Assembly (NCBI GenBank): GCA_051942205.1
Contig: JAVECO010000083.1
Coordinates: 1 to 64,000, forward strand
DNA from: Coniocarpon cinnabarinum
Lineage: Eukaryota
DNA: 64,000 nucleotides
Reading direction: 5' to 3'
Below the pieces are notes generated by a model that searched no databases, was not told where the DNA came from, and was given only the letters and a program-made list of their open reading frames with translations. The position numbers and the translations under genes are program-made. Below, piece after piece: positions 50,062-61,532 of the stretch; within the stretch, counting starts at the first letter, position 1; the number at the start of each line of letters is the position of its first letter.

Positions 50062-51860
50062 TTAATGCCCGCCGTACAATCCGTCCAACTCCGTCGCAAG
50101 TACAGTCAACACCTCTTGCTTTGCCACTGTGCCTTTGCCTGTTTTTGGCATCACTTTGGAGGCCGGCACAACAAGAAGACGGTCTTCTGAAATGCTGCTC
50201 AGAGGCCCACAAAAGCCGTTTGCTTTCTCTATAGCGGGCATGACTTCTCGTAGGAAGCTATGTCGCTCCCTTGCTGATTCAACGGGCGCTTGTGGCTCGA
50301 CGACAAGTATAGCATGCGGCCTGCCCGTCCCAACCATGACAGCGGTGCGAACGGCGGGGTGTGCGGTGATGGTCTTCTCATAGTTGTTTGGATCGAACTT
50401 GGCGCCGGAGGCGAAGACCAGCAGATCGTCAGTGCGACCATGGTAAAGCCAGAACGTGTCGTGATTTGGATGTGGGATGAACAGGTCTTTGCTCGTCCAC
50501 TCCTGGCAGTCGTTTGGCAGCATGCTGAACACTGGCTGCTTCTTCTCTGGATCAGCGTGCCGTCTGACGAACAGCTCATGCATATTCGAGTGATGGCCAG
50601 TACTCTTTTCGGAGGGTACTCTGCGCATCTCAATTCCAGCGTCAGGGTGAAAACGGAAACTGCGCCACAAAGATGGATCCCAAGGAGTTTCTGATCGCTT
50701 TGGACGAACGCACGGCAGGATACCATTCTCAGTGTGTCCGAACGTGCTAGTAAGTCTCACTCGCTCTGACACGAGCTCAGCAGCCGCCTGAGAGGCAGGT
50801 CCACCAGCGTAGGTGATGAGGTTTACCCGCGAGGAGACGAATCTCAACGCGTCTGCATCAAAAGCCAAATGATTCAGTACGTCCGGTACCAATGCGAGCA
50901 CATCGCAAGTCGTTGCTTTGAGCACATTGACCACAGTAGGCAATGCCAAGGCGGATTCTGGAAGCGGATAGATAATTCCTGTTCGAGAGGCAAAGCTCAT
51001 AATCAACGAAACGAAGAGGTTCGCTGCCTTTGGAATCAAAGGGTCAGTAAATTCACTTCCTCAGCTCACCCCGTATGTACCAGACTTACGTGGTAGGCCG
51101 GAAGGAGTGGAAATAACTCCCCTCCTTGCCACTGTTTCTCCTGGCTTTCGAATCCCTCCGGAGCTGTGCGCAGCGTTTGTCTCATGAAGTTCGAAGCCCA
51201 CTCGTGCGACCAGACAATTGGTTTCAGAGAGCCGGTAGAACCTGACGTGTGCAAGATGCACAAGGGCTCACTGTAAGCTTCGTCGAAGGTTTTTGCGAAA
51301 GGGAAAGCCGTGCGCGGCGCTTCAAGTATTGTTTCGACAGGATCAATTTCCAATATCTGGAAGTCTTGCACCGCGGCGACTTTTGAAACCACCGGTAGCC
51401 GCTTCGAAGAGGTGAGTATAGTCTTGCACTCGGTCTGGTTCAACAGTCGCACAATGCCCTCTGCAGCATACGATGGTGACGGGAGTAGCAACTGTTTCCC
51501 ATCAATGTTGACATAGCTGCATCTGGAGCAATCCAGGCTTACCTTGTAGCCAGCTTTGTTCGCAGCAAATACCAACATCACATAACGCGGGTCCCATGGC
51601 CCGAAATAGGCCAAAGTCGGACATCGCTGCCCTTGACCAAGACTTTCAACAAGTCTCCAGGCTAAATGGTCGACTGCGTTTGCGAGCTGGGCATAGGTAA
51701 GACTGCGGTAACCGCTGTCGTAGGTTGTGGCAGAGACGGGTATTTTAGCCCAGCACTGGTCAGGCTGCTCAGCTGCAAGTCCATCGAGGACATTGGGAAG
51801 CAGGCGCTTGCTATCAAAGCCCGCTCCATGAGTCTTGGTGCCAGCTGTAAATTGTGACAT
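50062..51860 (-). CDS. Stand-alone adenylate-forming enzyme (NRPS-like/carboxylic-acid-reductase-type A domain, no T or R domain)
   Basis: LTYAQL (A1), HTSGSTGSLKP (A3), FGHTE (A5), SKDLF, GRTDDL (A8), PKTGKG (A10); introns at 51492-51542 and 51028-51089. Confidence 0.88.
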
Positions 51861-52730
51861 ATCGAGGTCTCCGCCGTCTTGCGCAATAGGCTTTTGCGGA
51901 GATGTAGAGTTTTGCGCAAGTGGGACTACGGGGTTGCTAAGTATGAGGCGTAGCACATCTACAAACATTTTAAAGTATGAGGTGAGGATGTGATGTCTTT
52001 CGAGTGCATCACCTGGCAGGATGCTCGGGTACCGCAGGCAGTCATACAAGTGAACAAGTGAGCGCACGCGTCGCATCTGCACCTGCATCCCCCAACAGCC
52101 CTTCCAGCCTTCCAGCCTTCATCAATGACCCAGTAATCCCTTGGACCTCAGAGTTCCCATTCCAATGTTTTGCTCGACTTACTGTTGACCAGGGCTGTTG
52201 TCCGCCAGAGCCACCATGCTGTGTTGCTGATACAAAAAGGGTTTGAATACTAGTAGAGACTACGAAGCAAAGACTGAGAACAAGTACGTCATGATGAATT
52301 ATAGGTTCAACATGATCAGCGGCATGCACAATAGTCTACGAGACTAGCACGCAGGGGCCTCGTGGGATAGTGCTTGCCGCCTTAGAGTTCAACGTCTTTT
52401 CACGAACAAAGGGCTGTCGCCGTTGTACTCGCCAGTTTGTGAGCCGAATTGTTCTTGTCGTATAGGCTCATTGCACAGGTTGAGATCCGGCAACGACTTT
52501 CGTCCATGAATGACCCTTGGTGGCAGAGATGGTCAACCTCTGCTAGTAAGCAATGAAGAACACACGTATCGAAGAGGACTCCATCCCTTTCACCTTCACA
52601 AGAATCGGCAAGTAGAAGAACTAGCACCCTCTTGTCAAATGCTCAGTACAATAATACAGTAGCACAATAAAGAAACTTGCTTCCTCCTCGGGTCGTCACC
52701 GCCAGAAGACCGCACGAATATCACAAACCC

Positions 52731-53318
52731 TCATCCACCCCCAGCAGTCGGCCCATAATGCTCATCCCCCACATAATTACTCACGGCCGTATATCCCAAC
52801 CCCTCGTTCTTCTCACACTCACTCTCCCCCTTGCCATTCACATTCTCCCACGGTCGCTCCATACACACATAGTAAATTGGGTCCACCAGCGCGGTGCTCC
52901 GACAATCCGCCTGACACGTATTCCTGGCCCCCGCGATGGTGTTCACCGTCAGCTCCCCGTCCTTGACGTTGTTCGTCTCCAGATTCATGGCCGCACTGCC
53001 ACACGATTTACACCCCGTCGCGCGAATCGCCTGTAATGCGCCGTGGGCTTCTGCGAGGTCGCCGCTCCAGCCGTGCTGCCAGAAGGCGCAATAAGGGCCG
53101 GATCTCATTCCTGCGCCGTTCGCGCAGGCGATGTGTTGGCCGGGACGATACCATCCGTTGATTCCGGCTTGGAGGTTGCGCTCCATGGCTTCGTTCAGCT
53201 TTTTGATGATGTCGTCGACGGAAGCGCAGAGGCTGGAGCCTTTGCAGTTGGTGCCGAGGGCGGTGATGAGGGGAGGAGTGGAGGCGAAGAATACGAAAAG
53301 CATCTTGAGACATTTCAT
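52731..53318 (-). CDS. Secreted KP4 killer-toxin-like protein with C-terminal extension
   Basis: Signal peptide, then LGTNCKGSSLC, GQHIAC, YCAFWQ, GCKSCGS, GELTVN, matching the KP4 family pattern. Confidence 0.88.
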   Translation of the reverse strand: MKCLKMLFVFFASTPPLITALGTNCKGSSLCASVDDIIKKLNEAMERNLQAGINGWYRPGQHIACANGAGMRSGPYCAFWQHGWSGDLAEAHGALQAIRATGCKSCGSAAMNLETNNVKDGELTVNTIAGARNTCQADCRSTALVDPIYYVCMERPWENVNGKGESECEKNEGLGYTAVSNYVGDEHYGPTAGGG

Positions 53319-53936
53319 CTTGAATCTGAGATTTGAAGATCGATTCAGTCGTTTGTCGATATGCGGATCCTGTACAACGTCGATGGACAGAGCTTCTTTG
53401 TTGGTTTGGGATGTGTGCTTTGGATCACAAAGTACTGATTCCAGAGCAATTTGCAGAACAATACCATTTGGAGAGCCAGATCTGCCTTTAATACCTGTCT
53501 GAGATGTCCGAGCACTCACGAATATTCTCATAAGCGAAGTTTGCAGTCGTCATCGTTACATCAACACTTGGTCAGAGCACCTGCATCTCGGCCTCAACAA
53601 CTCAGACGGCGGTGCACTTCTTGTGAGATTCCAGTCCACATACATGACCACGGCGGTATTGAGTCATTGTTGCTGACGGTCAAATGCCATTGAGACTTCT
53701 GCTATGCGATGGCATGCCGAGGTTTTTTGTAGGTATGTTGAGGTGGCGAGCGGGAGCGGCCACCCATGGATTGAGGAAGCACTTGACATCAACAAGCAAA
53801 CCTGTCATAGATTTCTTTGCCCGAGGTGTCGCTGGCCCGACCTCAAGCGCTCTCAGAAGCTGATGGGCAAGTCCACCAAGAATAAAGTCATTTCTGGGAC
53901 CCCAGCATCTTCTTCAGGCGCTTGCACCCGCTTTCC

Positions 53937-55536
53937 TCAACGCCCCTGCGCTTTCCCCATCATCCGCCGCATCATCAACACCTCATGCTTCGTCGCATAC
54001 ATCTCTCCAATCTCGACGTCTTCGTCTGCCCCTCGCGTTCCAGACGCATTTCCATTCCCCTCCAGTACCTCCATCAACCTCGCCACCTTCTCACCCTGCC
54101 ACTGGCCATCCTGAGTCGTCCAAAAGACGCGCTTGATACCCATCGCGTGCATGTAGCTGATGCAGCGATAACAAGGTCGGGAGGCATGGGCCTTGTGGCG
54201 AATTGAATTGCTCCTCTGTGTCTCACAAGAGGATGCGGAAGGAGTCGCAGAGCTGGCGGAAGTGCATGTTAATTCATCGTGAAGGCTTCGTGGCGTGCGC
54301 GGTGTCTCTGAGTCAGTTGACCTGTTGTTGTTCAGTGAATTTGATGCAGGCAATGAAGATGATGTCGCCAATGGGGACGGCATCGTTGCATGACTCAAGG
54401 CTACAGAGCGGCCTTGAGGCTGATCAGCAGAATTATCAACGCACAGGCGCGCAACATACAGGTCTGCGCCATGCAAGCGGGGATTGCGCTGACGGTCGCG
54501 CACGCGGTGAGAGGCGTGCGTGACCTGTGCGACGAGCTTGAGCGTGGGGAGTCCCATTGAGTCTGGAATCGCTTTGGGATTTGGCGAGGGTTTAAGTCGT
54601 GCTGGCTGTGCGTGTAGTATTCGCTGCGACTCACTGGGCCTGGAATGCTTATGCTGCTGCTGCTGCTGCCGGTGATGCTGCAAAGAATGCGGCTTGGGAT
54701 GTCGGTTTTGTTGTCGGTGTTGTTGTGCCTCCTGACGATCTTCGTGATGGTGAACATGACAATGATGACTGTGATGATGAAGGGCTGGCTTCGATGCCTT
54801 CACTTGGTCTAACTCCAGACGCATTTCTAGCGACGTCGCCAGTGCGCTGTTGCTCTCCTTCGCGTCGGCATTCACTGCGTTCACTTTCCCCACGTTCCGG
54901 TTGTTCTTCTCGTTCGCGTTGTCGTTGCCATTGGGATACCCCTCGTACATCCTGGCTGCGTCCAGATGCACCGCCTTCAAATCGCCACTCCGAGCTCTGT
55001 GCCGGGCCCGCCTCGTCGCCCAACGCGGCTCTGCAGACACGCTCGACGTACTGCTCAAGGTTGGCGCGTCGTAGTCGGGCTTTCCGTTTAGAGTCGCCCG
55101 ATAGTTTAAAGCACGGTTGTTTGCAGGCGAAAGTCCTAGAGGAGAACGCGGTGGTCGCGCTGAGCGCATCTTGGATAGCCATCATCTCCGAGTGCATGGA
55201 CAGTGGCGTGTTGGCAAGATGTCCACCGCCAGACGTGGCTTCAAAAGGACGGAAGAAGGCGTTTGTGCCGCTTGAAGGGCAATGCGATGGCGACATCGAC
55301 GGTGAAGACTTGCGCTTCGACTTGAGCTTCGACTTGGCATGAACCGGGCGAAACTCGGTCATGCCGTAGCTACCGTGCTGGAGAGCGCCGCCGTCGAAGC
55401 CGGAGCGGTAAGCATTATGACCACGTCCAATGACTTTGCCACCACGGACGATGATAGCACCGTGGCGGTAACGGAGCGGAGACTGGGCGGCCTCGGTGAG
55501 GCAAAGGTTGAGATAATTATCAACACGACAAGACAT
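53937..55536 (-). CDS. Cytidine/dCMP deaminase-like zinc-binding protein encoded across two overlapping reading frames
   Basis: Frame A (ATG 55536, stop 54649): RHGAIIVRGGKVIGRGHN and HSE. Frame B (+1; open approx. 55181-53937): GADLYVARL, SRPCYRC, GIKRVFWT. Confidence 0.85.
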
Positions 55537-56321
55537 GGTTCGCGATCTTGATATGAACTTGTATTGCCTGAAGCTATTTTCTAATAAGTCAATAGGGAAT
55601 TGCTGCAAGAGTTAAGCGAGTAATTGAGAACGGAATGTTCCTCCTTTTTCGTCGGTATGGATATTCTCGGTTGTTCCTCTACGTTCGCGGAGCTTACACT
55701 GAAAGCGCGACTTTTTGCTGGGCACGGGGTGAATAGTGAACAAGCTTCCAAGCTGTATGTATGTTACGAGCTCTGACTAAAGACGACTGGGAGTCACGAT
55801 CGTTGATCTTCAGTGTGGTTCCTGGCACTAGTCCTAATTTGGACTGCTTGTCTGCAACGGCGTTGGACAGGAGGGTGCGTGGTCGTGTGCAACGCGATGC
55901 CATGAGCTTAAATGTCCACATATGTTCTGCAGGACGTGATGCTGAGTAGTACTAGTTACAGTTACGTATCTGGTCAATTGAGGCGTGCGGCGAGCAGGTC
56001 ATACGACCGCAAGAAATCATCCTCGTGCATCTCGTTCAAGCTAGGAATACATGGCAATGCAACTAATATACACCTTTGCAAACAGACAATGATAGCGAGG
56101 GAGACGTCCTGTATGGTGCTTGCATGCAACCTGGCCTCGTAACGATCAACGTGAAGCGGGTGAACCGTCCGAGTTCAGGTCCGTAGAACATGAACCGGCT
56201 CCAACTACTACGTGATATGTGTCCTAATCAACATAGTCAGCATCTCTGTGCAAAACACGTCTCAAATTCAAGGGCTGCCTGTCCACTGACCTGCCAGACT
56301 TGATATAAAGGTGTTTTCTGA

Positions 56322-56793
56322 TTATCGGAAATGCCGGTTGCGCATTTGCATCGACTGCGCCGCCTTGGTCGCCTTAGGGCTGTTGGCACAAAGGTCGATA
56401 GACGTATCGGAATAGCACCCTTTCAGTCGTACAGTCAGCCCACAAAGATATGGAGGTAAGCGCCCTTGCTCACAGATGTTCTGGCATGCATCGTTCGTAG
56501 GTAGGTTATATACGTTCATAGCCGCGTGTTGGGCTCCCAACTCAACCACGGTCAAGTTAACTAATTGAGAACCATCCGGCTGGCAACAGAACTAATCTTT
56601 GTTCAGCACTGATCCTTATTGAGTAAGTGCTTCCTTTGCTGCACGTTGAAGTTGAATCTCTCGACCAACACAGATCACTTACCTCGCCGGCTATCCCTTG
56701 ACAGGAGCCAATGTCCACCTGGAATGAACTATAAGGAATTTGAGCAAACGCAGCAGAGGCGCAAAGAATAGTGAAAGCAGCAAGAACATGCAT
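56322..56793 (-). CDS. Small secreted cysteine-rich protein (effector-like)
   Basis: Signal peptide MHVLAAFTILCASAAFA; intron 56592-56682 (GTAAGT..TAG) joins in frame to FCCQPDG..ACQNICEQG..LCG; 6-8 Cys in the mature part depending on a possible second intron. Confidence 0.7.
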
Positions 56794-58848
56794 CTCCTAT
56801 TCGCAATGCAGAACAAGAACGCGGTGCACAAGTGCAATATATAGGAAGTAGTCGTACTGTATAGATACAAGACTGATGACAAAAACTACTTGTCAATCTT
56901 CTGGAAAGCCTTAGTTTTGTAAGAGTGTCTGACTGAGGGACACGGGTCGACCCAGCGTGTTAGTGAAGGTTTGTCAGCTCCTTCAGGCCGTCGTGCCCAC
57001 GCAGATGCACGGACACGTTCACGCCAGTGGTTAAAACGGTGTTTTTGCGAGCATTCTACCAAACCTTGCACATCGATCTTCATTCGGCCACGAGCTGTGG
57101 TCATTGATGATATTGCGACAGATCCCCACCTTCAGGAAAGATGACCCATGTCGAAGAGTCGAGTTTTGGATTGATTTTGCCGTGCTCCATCCTACAGGAG
57201 CCCTTCGCATACGGAACGTTGCGGAAGCGCCAAGAAAGAAGCCGTACTCTCTTTGTGTGGGAAAGGCTACCTCTCATAGGTGCGGCTACCTTCTTGTGAT
57301 GTCGGCAAACCTACGCTCTATTTACGAACACGTTGCGGAGTCGGCTAGAATGTCTGATGTCCTCGGATCGAAGTCTAGTAAAGAAGAAGTGGTGCCAGTG
57401 AACGGCCTGGCGGTCGTCTTGCGGCAAAGCCAGAAAATCGATAAGAGCAGCGCATCCTCTGCATACTATGCCAAATTTAGAAGGGCTCGTTTGCCAATGG
57501 TCAAACACAAGTCTAGACCTGCACAGGAAGCCACGGAGATCCTCTCTTTCGTGCGTCACGTTCGAGGCTCTGCCGCGGTCTAGAGAAGGGGCGAGGCGGC
57601 AATCGTTGAAATGTGCATTCAGCAGGACGTACGTGCACGTTGCACGGCCTTTCCATTCTGTAGTACGTTTCTTCCAAGCTACGCGAGGCCGACATTGCAA
57701 CAAAGTGGAGACAAAAAAGTGCTAGGAAAGAGGACGGAAGAGTAAGGGACGCGGCCGCGTGACTCTGAGGCGCTCATCGCCTTGCCGCCCTGCCGCCCCG
57801 CGGTAGCAACGAGCAATTCAATTTTCTGCTCGGGAAGCGCAACAGAGAACAGCAATAGTAGTTAATGTGTGCGAAATGCTTTGCAGCATGCCAACACGGC
57901 TTTGTCTTATCACTGCCTTAAGCAGCAGAGGGACTGAGGACAGACAACAAGCACGTGAGGTACATACAAGCGCCTGTTCTCGTCAAGCACGCTAACGCGA
58001 GATGATGTGGTCATGAAATCGACGAATGAGCGTCTCCCGAGTAGGTGTCATAGTAGTGATGAAATAGTCATGATGGGTGGTGAAAGTGTGTGACCGTTTT
58101 GTGGGTGAAGAGCATGGCAATCAAGTTTCAGCGCGTTGAGTGTGTACAGGCAACCTTTTTGTTATGCGCGCAGCGTCTAAGTGAAGTAATCTAGAGACGC
58201 GGAGCAGCAGTGCTACAATGCGGGTGATGTGGAACACGAGCTATGAGCTATTGGTTCGCTGTGCTATCCCCATAAAACAGAGTGGCTAATCGTGTAGACA
58301 AAGCATGTACAAGGATCGTGATGGTAGAGGTTCACGCGGGTTGTCGAATTTCATCCGCGACGGACTTAAAATTCCACGAGATGTCAATGATCCCGGTCCA
58401 CGGTGGAGATGTCGATGACCATAAGCATCCGTCGGCTTGCCCATTGGCGCGGAACACCGGCAAGGAAGAGGCTCGTTCAACGTCGTGAAAACATCCGGAC
58501 GTACGGTGGGTTGAGCGCGTGTCACACGGCGGATGTCTGCAGGGATATGACAGACCAATGCTCTAAGCTCCGTGTCTGTAAACGCAAGAACGTCAATTGT
58601 GGAGTTGAAAGGTGGTAGCGGCGTTTTAGTACGACGTGGAGGTGGTTACCGTGGTACAAGCCCTCAACAGCTAAGTCCTTCCACTCATGTAATATCTTTC
58701 TAGCGTGACGACTTCGGTGCTGCTCCCCGTCCCTAGTCCTCGATAGTGTATTAGAAAGCATGTCTAGGCCAACATTAGGTGATTACCGTTAGTATAGCAA
58801 TTAGCAATCACTCTAAACTTCCAGACCCTTGAAACGTGATCGACATGC

Positions 58849-59500
58849 TCAAACATCACATTTCACACTCAACGACTTCATCCGCTGTAAGCAAGTCTCA
58901 CACTCAAGCCATATCCGACGCATTTCTGGGTCTTCGTTGTACTCCGCACACATTATCTCACTTGTTTCTGTTGCGGCTTCACGCGCCATGTCTTTGAAAA
59001 TGGCTGCCACCTCAGGCAATGACGGAAACATGTGCAGGGGTATCTCTTTGGCTTGGCTGCGTGCAGAGCAGTTTGACTCTCGTTGCCGTCTATCTTCATC
59101 ATTCGTGATTGAGTTCAGAGGGGCGCAGGTGTCCTCAATGGTACTTGCGGCATAGTCGCGGATTCGAGACTGTTCAGCGGGAACAGCACCGGCATAGAGG
59201 GCTGCCATGATTTCTTCCATGTATTTGCCGGCGTCGCGAATCAATGTGAGCTTGCGTTTGGCTAGGGCGGAAGTCAGCGATGGCGGTGGTGAAACTTGAG
59301 ATTCCGGGGCTGGAGAAAGACTCTGCTGGGTACAATGTACCTTCGAGCTTCGCTTCATGCTTCACGGTACCCAAATCATCAGCATGTTTTCTCTCGATCT
59401 TGTCATCGGCCTCGTTCTCGACATGGCCCGTCTCAGGTGATGGATGTCGACGGCTCGAAAGTAGGATTGGTAATGAGGTAGGGAGTGGAGCGTAAGGCAT
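58849..59500 (-). CDS. Hypothetical helical protein (about 190 aa)
   Basis: ATG at 59500; intron approx. 59262-59340 (GTACAT..GCTGAC..CTAG) joins ORF 59174-59581 to ORF 58849-59358 in frame. Confidence 0.6.
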
Positions 59501-61013
59501 AGAGGGCACTGACCGAAACGTTGAGGTGGTTGATCCCGCGTTTCGTCGAAAGCAATAATGAAAACTGTACACCGTATGCAAAGTACACTACATAGATGTC
59601 GCATGCGGGTAGCTAGATGTGAACAGGAGGTTGATCGTCTGTCTTAAAGAGGTGTTGCTACGCCTCTCTCCTCGCAACAAGGAATTAGCAAGTTATTCTC
59701 CTATCCGCGTTGATGAAACATTGCATCCACATGCTTGCATTTCATGAAATGATCATTGCAAACTAGCATGAACCAAGTCTCAAAATCCGCCTTTCCGATT
59801 AACGATTGGCTGTTCTTGCAAGCTGGGATGAGGAAAATGCCTCTAGATGAGAGGTACATGCGCCTCCATACGAATATACAGAGGAAATGCGTGAGAAGCG
59901 CGCACGAAAGGCGGAAGAGGACGAAGTTGGCCTCTGTTCAACATTGTCAAGCAATCAGACCGTCACGGCGGGTTTTGAATCGCACTTCGAAGCCAACTGT
60001 GAAGTGAACAATGTCGCAGCAAACCTATTAATGCATGTACCTCACGCGGCCGGCCTCGGACTTTGATATGGCTTTGGAAGTATGCCGTTTCTGCGCAGTC
60101 TGCCCAGGATCTTAGATGCAGAAATGCTGTGCGGATGAGAAATAGCTGGTGCCCGTGACTACCGTGTCTAGCGGTGAAGTTTGATCGAAGACTTGTCGAA
60201 GCTCCAGGCAGAGAGGAACGAGAGAGCTACTTACAGTTTCGAAATACACCCGCATGTCGGCACACTTGCCGACGAAAACAGCATCAGCGAGATGGCATCT
60301 GTCGGAAAGAAGGGCGTCGGTTCTGCCTAAAGGGCCAGTCCGGATCTGCGCTGCTATACACCACGCTTGCAGCACCCAAAAACACGGATCGTCATGACGA
60401 TAGCAATGCCGCGCCTGCTCGCGTGGATGGACGAAGGGGCCAAGGCGCTTGTGTCAGGCGGACTGGTCAACGATTAGGGCTTTCAGGTTTTGAGTGGACG
60501 GCTGGGGCCTGTGCAGGCAAAATGCGGCGTTTAGCAACGTGTGTAGACGCAATGTGGCGACAAAGGTCACGCATTTCCATGATTCAAGAGCGGTCAATGA
60601 GGCGGGCATTAATCATGCTGGATCACACCCTGTAGTCGAAGCCGCGGGATAGACGCCGTGTAAAGCTGGGTGCACTTGTGGACTCAGGTGCCCGTTATGC
60701 GGTCGCCCCTAGCTTTTGCGGCGTTGAAGCTGAATGTAGGCTTTTTCCTTGAACCTCTGGCACGTTTTGTAGGCAGAAAGCGTCTCGAAAGGATGGGAGC
60801 TACGGGTAAAGGGATTGACAAACCTATATTAAATGAACACGGTTGTGAAAGAGCTCGACGTTCTCTTCTGTTCAACCTGGGTGACAAAAACCAGATCGAC
60901 AACATCTCAGTAGCGAAGCTCAATCCAAACAGATAAAGACCGTATGTATGTAGTCTACATGCATTGCTGCACGGAGATCGCTGACTCTGAGTTCCTTCAG
61001 CACAAGATTGGTC

Positions 61014-61532
61014 ATGTCTCGATACGCCGTGGCTTGCATCGAATGTGAAAGAGTGGCTTTCATCCGCACCGAACAAGATCTTTCCCATTTGATCTTTTGC
61101 GCCCGACACGCCCGAGCAAGCGGAGCCCATTTTGTTGACTTACACGGTTTTCCAGTCTGTCGGGACGATAGAGTCTTTTTCACGTATTGTTGGAAATGTG
61201 AGCGGACGCGGGCTTCACGATATGACCTTCCACTACGCGTCCAGGCACCGGAGGCCCTGCACGCTCGATTAACCAATCCATACATTGCCTCAAGCTTTTT
61301 GACGAATTGGCCATTACTCGGAAGGCTGAGGAGATGCGATGGATGCAGTGCAACCCTGGGACACAATTCGAATCCAAGGCCTGTATTAAAAATCGAATTT
61401 CTGACTGACTTGTGGGACATTGGAGTGGAGCCAGAGGTGCAAGTTTTTGAAGTTGCTGAATGGAATGCTGTGCATAGGAGTTGGGTCAGGGCTGCGGGTG
61501 CGCACCGGCCTTTTTTCTATCCAGCCAACTGA
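61014..61532 (+). CDS. Orphan protein with several CxxC/CxxH pairs (putative zinc-binding)
   Basis: CIEC, CARH, CWKC and CDGC within about 172 aa; preceded by an intron-like stretch 60942-61000 (GTATGT..GCTGAC..CAG). Confidence 0.5.
   Translation: MSRYAVACIECERVAFIRTEQDLSHLIFCARHARASGAHFVDLHGFPVCRDDRVFFTYCWKCERTRASRYDLPLRVQAPEALHARLTNPYIASSFLTNWPLLGRLRRCDGCSATLGHNSNPRPVLKIEFLTDLWDIGVEPEVQVFEVAEWNAVHRSWVRAAGAHRPFFYPAN

Noticed and set aside
51861..52088. N-terminal extension of the A-domain ORF given by the ORF track (similarly 53319-53531 for KP4 and 55537-55608 for the deaminase)
   Set aside because: Upstream open frames without family similarity; downstream ATGs fit the domain or signal-peptide starts better.
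54599..55342. 247-aa plus-strand ORF over the deaminase locus
   Set aside because: Low-complexity antisense frame starting at a non-ATG codon; explained by the GC-rich, dual-open opposite strand.
57104..57583. 159-aa plus-strand ORF
   Set aside because: No motif, no clear splice structure or start context; cannot be supported as a gene.
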